NCBI GenBank assembly: GCA_964022095.1
Contig: CAXHZO010000031.1
Coordinates: forward strand, 1-11,227
Direction of reading: 5' to 3'
DNA from: an uncultured Arcobacteraceae bacterium
GTDB taxonomy: Bacteria > Campylobacterota > Campylobacteria > Campylobacterales > Arcobacteraceae
Length of the DNA: 11,227 nucleotides
A program made the position numbers and the translations under genes. The notes beneath the pieces were generated by a model. The model saw only the letters and a program-made list of their open reading frames with translations. It was not told where the DNA came from and did no database searches. Positions 1-8,086 of the stretch are shown one piece after another. Numbering within the stretch: position 1 is the first letter of the stretch; every line of letters begins with the position of its first letter.

Positions 1-51
1 AGATGACTGTTAATCATTTGGTCCCTGGTTCGAATCCAGGTGCCGGAGCCA
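1..51 (+). tRNA. tRNA-Asn(GTT), 5' part cut off by the window edge
   Basis: 1-51 is identical to 104-154 of the complete copy: anticodon arm GATGA-CTGTTAA-TCATT, T-arm CCTGG-TTCGAAT-CCAGG, 3' acceptor strand TGCCGGA, G discriminator, encoded CCA (49-51). Confidence 0.93.
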
Positions 52-79
52 CTAATTTAAATTAAAAACTAAAACTAAT

Positions 80-154
80 TCCGGCATAGCTCAGTGGTAG
101 AGTAGATGACTGTTAATCATTTGGTCCCTGGTTCGAATCCAGGTGCCGGAGCCA
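80..154 (+). tRNA. tRNA-Asn(GTT), 75 nt
   Basis: Acceptor stem TCCGGCA (80-86)/TGCCGGA (144-150), D-arm GCTC-AGTGGTA-GAGT, anticodon GTT at 112-114, T-loop TTCGAAT, G73 and CCA (152-154). Confidence 0.97.
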
Positions 155-156
155 TT

Positions 157-210
157 AAAAAGCTTTTAGATATTTGAACATTGGTTCTTTTATCTAGAAG
201 CTTTTTTTTT
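157..210 (+). terminator. Intrinsic terminator of the tRNA-Asn transcript
   Basis: AAAAAGCTTTTAGATA (157-172) pairs with TATCTAGAAGCTTTTT (191-206) with one G-U; inner GAAC-ATTG-GTTC mini-stem; T9 tract at 202-210; begins 2 nt after the tRNA CCA. Confidence 0.8.
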
Positions 211-249
211 GCCTTTTTTTTGCTGACAAATCTTATTAAATTTAAATTA

Positions 250-257
250 GCTATAAT
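250..257 (+). promoter_or_regulatory. Putative sigma70 -10 box (gnTATAAT) of the histidine kinase gene
   Basis: G-C-TATAAT with the hexamer at 252-257, downstream of the tRNA terminator and 5 nt before the ATG at 263. Confidence 0.55.
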
Positions 258-262
258 AATTT

Positions 263-1891
263 ATGTTAAAAAATTATTCTTTAAGTGAATACCCATTATC
301 AATTGATTTAATTCCTGATGTAGTTTTTATAAAAGACATAAATGGAGTAATTATTCATGCAAATAAAAGATTTATAGAGTTTATCAATAAAAAAGAAGAA
401 GACATTATAGGTAAAACAGATTTTGATTTTTTTGTAGAAGAAACTGCAAAAAGTGTCACACAAAAAGATAATCTTGTTATTGATAATAAAACTACAAATA
501 CATTTAATGAACTGATTAAAAAAAATGATGATGTTTATTATTTTGAAACTACAAAATCTCCTATTTTTAATGATAAAAATGAAGTTATAGCTATTTTTTG
601 TATTGCAAAAGATATTACAAAACAAAAGAACTTAGAAATTATAAAAAATGATACTAAAATATTATTAGAGTATATTGCTAAAGAAGTAGATTTGAATAAG
701 ACTTTAAATAAAATAGTAACTCTTGCAGAATCAAAGAACTTAAATATCAAATGTTCTATTTTGTTACTTGATGATACTAAAAATAGGTTGTATAGTGCTT
801 GTGCTCCTAGCTTACCGGAGTTTTATAATAAAGCAATTGATGGAATAGAAATTGGTGATAAAGTGGGTTCATGTGGTTCAGCAGCTTATAATAAAAAAAG
901 AGTAATTATTGATAATATTGATACTCATGAAAATTGGTCTACTGTTTTAGATTTAACTACTAAGGCAAATTTGCACTCTTGTTGGTCAGAACCCATTTTA
1001 ATCTCAAATAATGAAGTAGTTGGTACTTTTGCAATGTATTCAAATTATCATAAAAAACCATCAAGTTTTGAAATAACTTTAATTGAAACCTACGCATATA
1101 TTTCATCAATTGCAATTGAAAAGAACAATAGTCTTAAAAAGTTTTTAAAACAAGAGAAAATCATTTATGAACAAACTAAACTTGTATCAATGGGAGAAAT
1201 GATTGGAAATATTAGTCATCAATGGAGACAACCACTTTCTGTAATTTCATCAGGTGTTACTGGTATGCTTTTATTAAATAAATACAATAATCTTACTTCT
1301 GAAGAGTTTGAAAAAGTATGTAATACTATTAATGATAATGCACAATATTTATCTAAAACAATTGATGATTTTACAAATTTTATAAAGAATGATAGAAAAT
1401 TAATTAAATTTGATATTAATAGTACTATTAATAGCTTTTTAAACTTGATAGAGCCATCGTTAAAAAAATATGAGATTAAACTTATAAGAAACAATAAAAT
1501 TTTTATAGATTTAGAAGGATATCCAAACGAATTAATTCAATGTTTTATGAATATATTCAATAATACAAAAGATGCACTGAAAAATTCTCAATACAATGAA
1601 AAATATCTATTTATAGAACTTTTTAAAAGTGATAGTAACATTATCATTAAATTTAAAGATAATGCAGGTGGTATTAAAGAAGATATTCTACCTAAGATAT
1701 TTGAACCTTACTTTACTACAAAATATCAATCTAAAGGCACTGGATTAGGCTTAAGTATAATTTATAATCTTATTACTAAAGGTATGCAAGGTTTCGTATC
1801 AGCTCAAAATGTTAACTTTGAATATAATGGATCTTTTTATAAAGGCGCAGAGTTTATAATTACTCTTCCCTTATCTTACTCACAAAAATAG
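263..1891 (+). CDS. Cytoplasmic PAS-GAF sensor histidine kinase (HisKA-HATPase_c), 542 aa
   Basis: N-terminal PAS/PAC (IPDVVFIKDING..ANKRF..IIGKTDFDFF..TKSPIFND..IAKDIT), GAF (CSILLLD..GSCGSAAY..SCWSEPI..GTFAMY), H-box ISHQWRQPL, N-box NIFNNTKDA, G1 DNAGGI, F-box IFEPYFTTK, G2 GTGLGL; no obvious TM helix. Confidence 0.93.
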   Translation: MLKNYSLSEYPLSIDLIPDVVFIKDINGVIIHANKRFIEFINKKEEDIIGKTDFDFFVEETAKSVTQKDNLVIDNKTTNTFNELIKKNDDVYYFETTKSPIFNDKNEVIAIFCIAKDITKQKNLEIIKNDTKILLEYIAKEVDLNKTLNKIVTLAESKNLNIKCSILLLDDTKNRLYSACAPSLPEFYNKAIDGIEIGDKVGSCGSAAYNKKRVIIDNIDTHENWSTVLDLTTKANLHSCWSEPILISNNEVVGTFAMYSNYHKKPSSFEITLIETYAYISSIAIEKNNSLKKFLKQEKIIYEQTKLVSMGEMIGNISHQWRQPLSVISSGVTGMLLLNKYNNLTSEEFEKVCNTINDNAQYLSKTIDDFTNFIKNDRKLIKFDINSTINSFLNLIEPSLKKYEIKLIRNNKIFIDLEGYPNELIQCFMNIFNNTKDALKNSQYNEKYLFIELFKSDSNIIIKFKDNAGGIKEDILPKIFEPYFTTKYQSKGTGLGLSIIYNLITKGMQGFVSAQNVNFEYNGSFYKGAEFIITLPLSYSQK

Positions 1892-1928
1892 ATTTAAAGC
1901 TTATTTTCAAGAAGTTTGTAAAAATATA

Positions 1929-1937
1929 TGTTAAAAT
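1929..1937 (+). promoter_or_regulatory. Putative extended -10 promoter (TGnTAAAAT) of the 130-aa gene
   Basis: TG-T-TAAAAT in the 83-nt intergenic gap, followed by SD-like AAAAGG (1962-1967) and a TTG start at 1975. Confidence 0.5.
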
Positions 1938-1974
1938 CATTTTTTAAAATTATATATATTTAAAAGGTATCTTT

Positions 1975-2367
1975 TTGTCAATTTTTGCTTTACAATCATT
2001 AGCTGGTGGATTTCTAGATGAAGATTTAGAACATTTTAATAAAATTTTTGATGACTGGTGTATTCAGTTTGATAGTTATGAAGATGCTAATGATATAGTG
2101 CAAACGTTGGATAACCAAGAAGCTATAGATATTGTTGAAATAACACCTCTAACTTATCCTAAATATTTTTTCAATTCATTACAAGGTACTATTTATGCTA
2201 CACGTCAAATTGAAGATAAAATAATTTGTGCAGTAGAGCCTTTTATGGGTTCTAGTTTTAAACTTGCTGTTTGTGATTTAAAAACAAAAAATGTAAGATT
2301 ATCAAAAACTAGTTATAAAAATATTCCTAGTATAGAAACTGCTTTTGCGAATTTTGGTGATAACTAA
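1975..2367 (+). CDS. Hypothetical protein, 130 aa, acidic N-terminal half
   Basis: ORF fills the gap between two + strand genes; TTG start 7 nt after AAAAGG; globular-looking composition; no motif I recognise. Confidence 0.8.
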   Translation: MSIFALQSLAGGFLDEDLEHFNKIFDDWCIQFDSYEDANDIVQTLDNQEAIDIVEITPLTYPKYFFNSLQGTIYATRQIEDKIICAVEPFMGSSFKLAVCDLKTKNVRLSKTSYKNIPSIETAFANFGDN

Positions 2368-2380
2368 AATCTATATTCAA

Positions 2381-2402
2381 TATAAGTTAAAGAAGATATA
2401 AT
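2381..2402 (+). promoter_or_regulatory. Putative sigma70 promoter of the DjlA-like gene (TATAAG-N10-TATAAT)
   Basis: gnTATAAT at 2395-2402 preceded by TATAAG (2381-2386); SD-like GGGA at 2420-2423 before ATG 2431. Confidence 0.5.
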
Positions 2403-2430
2403 TTAATAAATTAAAAAATGGGATTATGAC

Positions 2431-3237
2431 ATGAACATAAAAAAATGGGTATTTATAGCAATATTATTAACTATACTTTATTACACATTTATAGTAAATA
2501 CCTTTATTACTCTTGGAGTAATAGCATCACTAATTGTAGGATTTAAATTATATAAATACTATGCAAGAAAAAAGTTAAATAAACTATCAGGCTCAAAAGA
2601 ATTATTTAGAGAAAGTCATTTAGGCCATTTTATTGCTTTAGTTGCAAAAGTTGCAAAGGCAGATGGAAGAGTAGATGAATTAGAAGCTCAGCTTATTGGA
2701 ATGATGTTTGATGATATCTCAAAAGTTTTTGATGAAAAAGAAAAAACAAGAGCTTTTATGAAAGAAATTTTTAATGAAGAAAAAGAAAGACTTGATGATA
2801 CAAAAGAAATTGCAAAATCATTAAATAATTTACTTGGAAAAAGTATTTTAAAAAGAAGACAGTTTATTACTTTTCTAATTCAACTTGCTATTATTGATAG
2901 TGGTATAAGTAGTGATGAAGAGAAGATTTTAAGAGAAATTGCAGGTGAATTAAATATCTCTTCACAAGTTTATGATTCTATTGTAAGTGGCTTACAACAA
3001 AAGATGCAAAATAATCAGCAATCTATGACACCAAATAAAGCTTATGAAATCTTAGGTGTAAAAGAAACTGATGATATGAACACTGTTAAAAAAGCATATA
3101 GAAAACTAATTCGAGAATACCATCCAGATATTATAAGTTCACAAGATAAAGATGAAAAATATATGGAAGAAGCAACTTCAAAAACTCAAGAAATAAATCA
3201 AGCTTACCAGGTGATTAAAGATTTAAAAAAAGATTAG
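2431..3237 (+). CDS. djlA: DjlA-like membrane-anchored co-chaperone (N-terminal TM, TerB-like domain, C-terminal J domain), 268 aa
   Basis: Hydrophobic N-terminus; TerB-like ALVAKVAKADGRVDELE and LAIIDSGISSDEEKILREIA; J domain AYEILGV..VKKAYRKLIREYHPD..QEINQAY with intact HPD. Confidence 0.85.
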   Translation: MNIKKWVFIAILLTILYYTFIVNTFITLGVIASLIVGFKLYKYYARKKLNKLSGSKELFRESHLGHFIALVAKVAKADGRVDELEAQLIGMMFDDISKVFDEKEKTRAFMKEIFNEEKERLDDTKEIAKSLNNLLGKSILKRRQFITFLIQLAIIDSGISSDEEKILREIAGELNISSQVYDSIVSGLQQKMQNNQQSMTPNKAYEILGVKETDDMNTVKKAYRKLIREYHPDIISSQDKDEKYMEEATSKTQEINQAYQVIKDLKKD

Positions 3238-3255
3238 TACTTAACTAATCTTTTT
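3227..3255. terminator. Bidirectional intrinsic terminator between convergent djlA-like and selO genes
   Basis: Perfect 12-bp inverted repeat AAAAAGATTAGT (3227-3238)/ACTAATCTTTTT (3244-3255), 5-nt loop, T-tract on each strand; overlaps both stop codons. Confidence 0.75.
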
Positions 3256-4939
3256 ATGATGAACAACTAACATGGGATATCCCTGCAATTCCAAAAAAGT
3301 CTGAAGGCTTTTTATTATAATACTTATCTTCTATTTTCTCAGATTGTTCAGCATATGGATTTATCATGATTTCTTGTAACTCTCTTAGAACACTGTAATC
3401 CTTATTCTCTGCACTTTTATATGCAGAAACTAAATACCACTCTCTTAATGTATATTTTGGATTAACTTGTTTCATTTCATTTGATGTTGCAGTAACTTTC
3501 GTTTTCCAGTTTTTAAACCAACTCTTCCATCTTAATTTTATAGCTTCATTTTCAAATGATTCTTTATAAAAACTTTTTGTAAGAGGTGTAATATCATTTG
3601 GAATATTTGAAAGTTCTCTAAAAAATATTGTATAGTCAACAGAAGTTTCTAACATAAGATCAATAAGTTCATTAAACAATTTAGGCTCAAATTCACTAAT
3701 TCCTAATTTACTACTCCACATTTTTTTCATTTTTGATTGCATAATATTAGGAAAATCATCATAAATCTCTTCAATTCTTTGAACAGTTTGACTTGATGAA
3801 ATAACTAATGTTTTTAAAGCACTGCAAAACATTTTAAAGTTTTCTTGTGCTGCTTGAGGCTGATTTAAAAATGAAAAGTGTAATCCTCCTCCAGTCCAAG
3901 ATTGATATTTAGGATCGAATACATCCATAAAACCAAATGGACCATAATCAAGTGTAAATCCACCTGCTGCACAATTATCACTATTAAAGTTACCTTGACA
4001 ATAACCAACTCTAATCCAATTTGCAATTAGTGATGTTAAACGATCTTGAAACTCAAGTGCAAGTAAGATTACTTTATCCTCTAATGGTAATTTTTTATCA
4101 ATTACTTCACTATACTCTCTATCTATTAGATGTAAAACAATTTTTTCTAACTCTTCATATGCTTTTTGATGTTCATTTTTTCTAGCGCGTCTTGCAAATA
4201 GTTCAATTTGTCCAACTCTAATAAATGAAGGTGCAACTCTAGTAGTTATTGCTACATCTTCTTCAATCATTAGTTCAGGATCCTTTGAGTAAGAACCATC
4301 TTTAAACCATGGTCTATTCACTTGCTCTTTTTGTGATGTAAACAGAGTTAATGATCTTGAAGTTGGTATTTTAAGAGCGTGCATATGCTCTTGTGCTAAA
4401 AACTCACGAACACTTGATCTTAAAACTGCACGTCCATCTGCACCTCTACAATATGGTGTTCTTCCTCCACCTTTTAGTTGAAATTCCCATCTTTTTTCAT
4501 TTAAAACTGCTTCAAGTATAGAAATTGCTCTACCATCACCATAGCCATTTCCTGTATTAAATGGACATTGAGCATAATATTCTCTTCCATAAATAGATAG
4601 TGCATACCCAGTTGCCCAACCTTTGTCTCTCAAAGGTTTTGAAATATTAGATAAATCACCAGAAAACATTTTTATAAAATCATCTGATTTTATTAGCTCA
4701 TTTGATAAACCTAACTCTTTAAAAAATTCTTCACTATGAGAAATATATATTGGGTCTTTTATTGGTGTTGATTCAACATTTACATAATGTCCACTAAAAA
4801 CTTCTCTTGGCGATTTATTATCTCCATTATTTTGTGACTCAGGATCACAATTTAGTTCATTTACAAAAGAGTAATCATTTGCTTTTGCAAACTCATCAAA
4901 TGTCTTTATATTTTGTTTTATTTTTTCATTCATAATCAT
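3254..4939 (-). CDS. selO: Protein adenylyltransferase, SelO/YdiU family (Cys-containing); start probably ATG 4939 or 4933 rather than TTG 4963
   Basis: Motifs [67 protein letters not shown] and C-terminal VSCSS-TAA. SD AAGGA at 4948-4944 lies just downstream of the ybbP stop and favours the internal ATGs. Confidence 0.92.
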   Translation of the reverse strand: MIMNEKIKQNIKTFDEFAKANDYSFVNELNCDPESQNNGDNKSPREVFSGHYVNVESTPIKDPIYISHSEEFFKELGLSNELIKSDDFIKMFSGDLSNISKPLRDKGWATGYALSIYGREYYAQCPFNTGNGYGDGRAISILEAVLNEKRWEFQLKGGGRTPYCRGADGRAVLRSSVREFLAQEHMHALKIPTSRSLTLFTSQKEQVNRPWFKDGSYSKDPELMIEEDVAITTRVAPSFIRVGQIELFARRARKNEHQKAYEELEKIVLHLIDREYSEVIDKKLPLEDKVILLALEFQDRLTSLIANWIRVGYCQGNFNSDNCAAGGFTLDYGPFGFMDVFDPKYQSWTGGGLHFSFLNQPQAAQENFKMFCSALKTLVISSSQTVQRIEEIYDDFPNIMQSKMKKMWSSKLGISEFEPKLFNELIDLMLETSVDYTIFFRELSNIPNDITPLTKSFYKESFENEAIKLRWKSWFKNWKTKVTATSNEMKQVNPKYTLREWYLVSAYKSAENKDYSVLRELQEIMINPYAEQSEKIEDKYYNKKPSDFFGIAGISHVSCSS

Positions 4940-4952
4940 TATATCCTTGATT

Positions 4953-7430
4953 TTATTCCCCAAAAAGAACGTTTTCTTTTTGGTGTATGATTTTAGATGT
5001 AAATAAATTTACTACTAAAATAGTCAAAATTGGTATTAATAAAAAGTAAAGAATCAAAATATCAGCTCTAAAATCCCAATAGGATTCAAAAAGTAAATCA
5101 CTAATAAAATATGAACCTATACTTCCAAGTATAATTCCTAAACTACTAGCACTAAAAGATATAAGTCCAAACTCCAATAAAAATGAGTTTTTAATAGTTT
5201 TATTTTTTATTCCAATCATTTTAAGTCTTAAGATATTGTTTTTTTGTAAGTTCATTTGATATTGAATAATTATAAAACTCATAAGTAATCCAATAGTAAT
5301 AGAGTATAAACTCATTTTATCAGTTATTGAAGTTACATCTTTAACAATATTTGCAAATGACTCAAACAGACTTTTTACATCAATAACTGTAAGTGAAGGA
5401 AAACTATCTGTTAAATTTAAAAGCATTTTAGAAGCATCATAATCTCCTGTAGAAATAGTTGCAAGCATAGTTTTAGGTGCATCATCTATTGCACCTTCTT
5501 GTAATATTAAAAAGAAGTTTGGAGTAAACTCCGTCCATTTAACAGTTCTTATATTTACTACTACTGCTTCAAGTTCTAATCCTAAGATATCAAATACTAT
5601 TTTATCATCTAAATTTATACCTCTTCTTGATGCATATCTTTGCTCAACACTTAATTCAATTGGTTTTGAAAAATCTGGTGAATCATAATCTCCACTAAAG
5701 TCTCTTCCTTGAACTATTTGCTCACTTTTCTTCAATTTGCTTCTATATGATAAATTAACTGCTGCATTTCTTGCATTATTATCTTTAGAATCTAACTCTT
5801 CTTGATCTTTTCCATTTATTTTTATGATTCTTGCTCTAATCATTGGTGCAGTATTTTCTAATTTTGCACCCATATTTTCAACTTGCTTTGTAATATCACT
5901 TAGTTGTTCTTCTTTCGCATCGACAACAAAAAATCTTGGTCTATCTTGAACACTTTGACCTAATACATTTGAAAGTGAAGAGCCAACTTGTGGAATAAGA
6001 CTGAAAAAGGCGCTACAAAGTAAAATTGCACTAAATAGTGTAATCGAAGTTCTTTTTTGTCTAGTAATATTTTTTAAAGCAAGTGATAATGCAAGATTAT
6101 TTGTATGCCCAGAAAAATCAAACTTTTTTAATATAAACGAACCAATTAAAAATAAAACAACAATTAACACAAGAACCGCCAAGGCAAAAAATAATCCAAT
6201 ATTTCTTGCAGGTGTTACAAAATGAGATAATAAAAGTAATATAAGTACAAATGGAATAAACCCTAAAACTAGCTTTGTAAAACTTCTTTTCTCTGTTTGT
6301 AGCAATGGTAGTATTAGTGGAAGTCCAATACTTAAACTAAGTACAAAAAGGATAACTGCAGATTTTAAAAAGAATATATAATCAAGTGAAAAATCAAAAT
6401 TAAAATCTATATATTTTTGAATAATAGGACCAATAAACTGAGAAGATAAAGCGATAAATGAAAATACAATTACGCTTGATATTGATATTAAAACAAATAA
6501 ATGAAGCAAATAAGTATAAATAAGAGTCTTTTTATTAACTCCAATATCACTTAAAATAGTAATATCATTTTGGTGTTTTCTTAAAAATCCAGAATATAAA
6601 TATATAAGTCCAACTAAACCTAAGAAAAATGATATCAATGAAACTAAAGATAAAAAGTTTGTAAGGAAGTTTAAAACTCGAAGAAGTCTATCCCTTCCAT
6701 CATTTGGAGAAAGCACTCTTAGTGTTCTATCAAACTTTTTTTCTAAACTCTCTTCAAGTAACTCTAATTTCTCGTTACTAAGATTTTCTTCAAATAAAAA
6801 ATTTAATTTATATCTTGCCGTTGAACCAAATTTTAAAAGTTCACTTCTTTTTAAACCTTCACTACTTAAATATACTTTTGGCATAAATCCACTAAAACTA
6901 ACTGTTTTTAGTGAATCTTCTGATATGACTTTTTTAATGGTATAGGTTTTACTTCCTATTTTTAAGTCATTCCCTTTTTTTAAACCAAGCAAATCTAAAA
7001 CTTCTTGATATACCCAAACTTCATTCTTTTTAGGTAGTTTTTCACCAAATGGATATTTTGACTTATCTTCAAACTCTAATCCACCATAAAAAGGAAAGCC
7101 TTCATTTATTTGTACAAGTTCCATAAGTCTAGCTCTATTTGATGAAGCAACCATACTTATAGTTGATATTCCTTCATCATAAGCTTTTATTTGTGGAACA
7201 CTATTTTTTATATTTTCTTTTTGTTTATCACTTATTGGAAATCTCGAAGAGATTACAATATCAGCTCCAAGTAGACTTTTTGCTTTAGCATCAAGTGAAG
7301 TATCAATACTTCCTTTAAAAAATTGTAAATATGAAAGTGAAGCAATAGCTAAACAAAAATTTAAAATAAATATAAAACTAAAGGATTTTGAACGCTTTAA
7401 TGCTTTTGAAACAAGTTCTACTATCAACAT
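4953..7430 (-). CDS. ybbP: FtsX-like (type VII) ABC transporter permease, YbbP family, 825 aa
   Basis: Two repeats of TM + large soluble domain + TM cluster; family-like motifs [52 protein letters not shown]; overlaps the ATPase stop. Confidence 0.88.
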   Translation of the reverse strand: MLIVELVSKALKRSKSFSFIFILNFCLAIASLSYLQFFKGSIDTSLDAKAKSLLGADIVISSRFPISDKQKENIKNSVPQIKAYDEGISTISMVASSNRARLMELVQINEGFPFYGGLEFEDKSKYPFGEKLPKKNEVWVYQEVLDLLGLKKGNDLKIGSKTYTIKKVISEDSLKTVSFSGFMPKVYLSSEGLKRSELLKFGSTARYKLNFLFEENLSNEKLELLEESLEKKFDRTLRVLSPNDGRDRLLRVLNFLTNFLSLVSLISFFLGLVGLIYLYSGFLRKHQNDITILSDIGVNKKTLIYTYLLHLFVLISISSVIVFSFIALSSQFIGPIIQKYIDFNFDFSLDYIFFLKSAVILFVLSLSIGLPLILPLLQTEKRSFTKLVLGFIPFVLILLLLSHFVTPARNIGLFFALAVLVLIVVLFLIGSFILKKFDFSGHTNNLALSLALKNITRQKRTSITLFSAILLCSAFFSLIPQVGSSLSNVLGQSVQDRPRFFVVDAKEEQLSDITKQVENMGAKLENTAPMIRARIIKINGKDQEELDSKDNNARNAAVNLSYRSKLKKSEQIVQGRDFSGDYDSPDFSKPIELSVEQRYASRRGINLDDKIVFDILGLELEAVVVNIRTVKWTEFTPNFFLILQEGAIDDAPKTMLATISTGDYDASKMLLNLTDSFPSLTVIDVKSLFESFANIVKDVTSITDKMSLYSITIGLLMSFIIIQYQMNLQKNNILRLKMIGIKNKTIKNSFLLEFGLISFSASSLGIILGSIGSYFISDLLFESYWDFRADILILYFLLIPILTILVVNLFTSKIIHQKENVLFGE

Positions 7431-8086
7431 TTAGATAGATTCCCTGATATTAACTCATAAGTTTCTTCACATCTTGCTGCAACTTCTTTTGAGTGAGTAA
7501 CTAAAATTAATGTTGTATTATTTTTTTTGATTAACTCAAAAAGCTTATCCATAACTGCAATACCAGTCTCTTCATCTAAGTTACCACTTGGTTCATCTGC
7601 TAATATAATTTTAGGATTATGAATAAGTGCTCTTGCAATTGCAACTCTTTGTTTTTCATCACCACTTAATTGTGAGGGTAAATGATCAATCCTATGCTCT
7701 AATCCAACACTTTTTAAAAGTTCAATTGCTTTTTCTTTAGGATTGGAAATATTACAAACCTTTGCAGGAAGCATTACATTTTCTAAAGCATTTAAATATG
7801 AAACCAAATGAAAATTTTGAAAAACAAAACCAATATTTGTTGCTCTAAAATCATTAATATCACTCTCTTTCATACTTTTATACGAAACATCATCAAGAAG
7901 TATATCTCCACTGTTTGGTTTAATAATTCCAGATATTAATGAAAGTAGGGTAGATTTACCACTACCAGATTTTCCCATAATAGCAACTCTTTGAGCTTTT
8001 TTTACATGAAAGTTCAAATTTTCAAATATCTCAACTGTCTGAGAACCTTGAATATAAGACTTTTTTAGTGAATCTATTTTTAACAT
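7424..8086 (-). CDS. ybbA: ABC transporter ATP-binding protein, LolD/YbbA-like, 220 aa, with atypical signature LSGDE
   Basis: Walker A GKSGSGKST, Q-loop GFVFQNFHL, signature LSGDEKQRVAIARAL, Walker B/D-loop ILADEPSGNLD, H-loop VTH; lies between tesA-like and ybbP-like genes. Confidence 0.9.
   Translation of the reverse strand: MLKIDSLKKSYIQGSQTVEIFENLNFHVKKAQRVAIMGKSGSGKSTLLSLISGIIKPNSGDILLDDVSYKSMKESDINDFRATNIGFVFQNFHLVSYLNALENVMLPAKVCNISNPKEKAIELLKSVGLEHRIDHLPSQLSGDEKQRVAIARALIHNPKIILADEPSGNLDEETGIAVMDKLFELIKKNNTTLILVTHSKEVAARCEETYELISGNLSKC

Noticed and set aside
1-51. Partial tRNA as an attL/attR scar of a tRNA-integrated island
   Set aside because: The truncation coincides with the window edge, only 28 nt separate the copies, there is no integrase, and I saw no other copy of the tRNA 3' end in the window.
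52-250. 12-bp inverted repeat CTAATTTAAATT (52-63)/AATTTAAATTAG (239-250) flanking the second tRNA
   Set aside because: Almost pure A/T and largely self-palindromic, so expected by chance here; no target-site duplication or transposase.
308-1494. Minus-strand ORFs 308-625, 538-750 and 1219-1494
   Set aside because: Antisense shadows inside the well-supported kinase gene, with F/I/L-rich composition typical of reverse-complemented AT-rich codons.
2418-2434. Mini-ORFs ATG-GGA-TTA-TGA and ATG-ACA-TGA in the djlA-like leader
   Set aside because: Only 2-3 codons with no convincing SD; likely by-products of the GGGA SD and start region.
2431-3237. TerB-domain gene as a tellurite-resistance or anti-phage ter system
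   Set aside because: TM-TerB-J architecture with HPD matches the DjlA co-chaperone type, and no other ter or defence genes are nearby.
3254-3270. Selenocysteine at the SelO C-terminus
   Set aside because: The gene ends TGT TCA TCA TAA (CSS-stop) with no in-frame TGA, so it is the Cys form.
7418-7429. ybbA ending TGT-TGA-TAG as a C-terminal Cys-Sec motif
   Set aside because: Explained by overlap with the ybbP start (ATG TTG ATA GTA); no SECIS-like hairpin follows and I know of no precedent in ABC ATPases.
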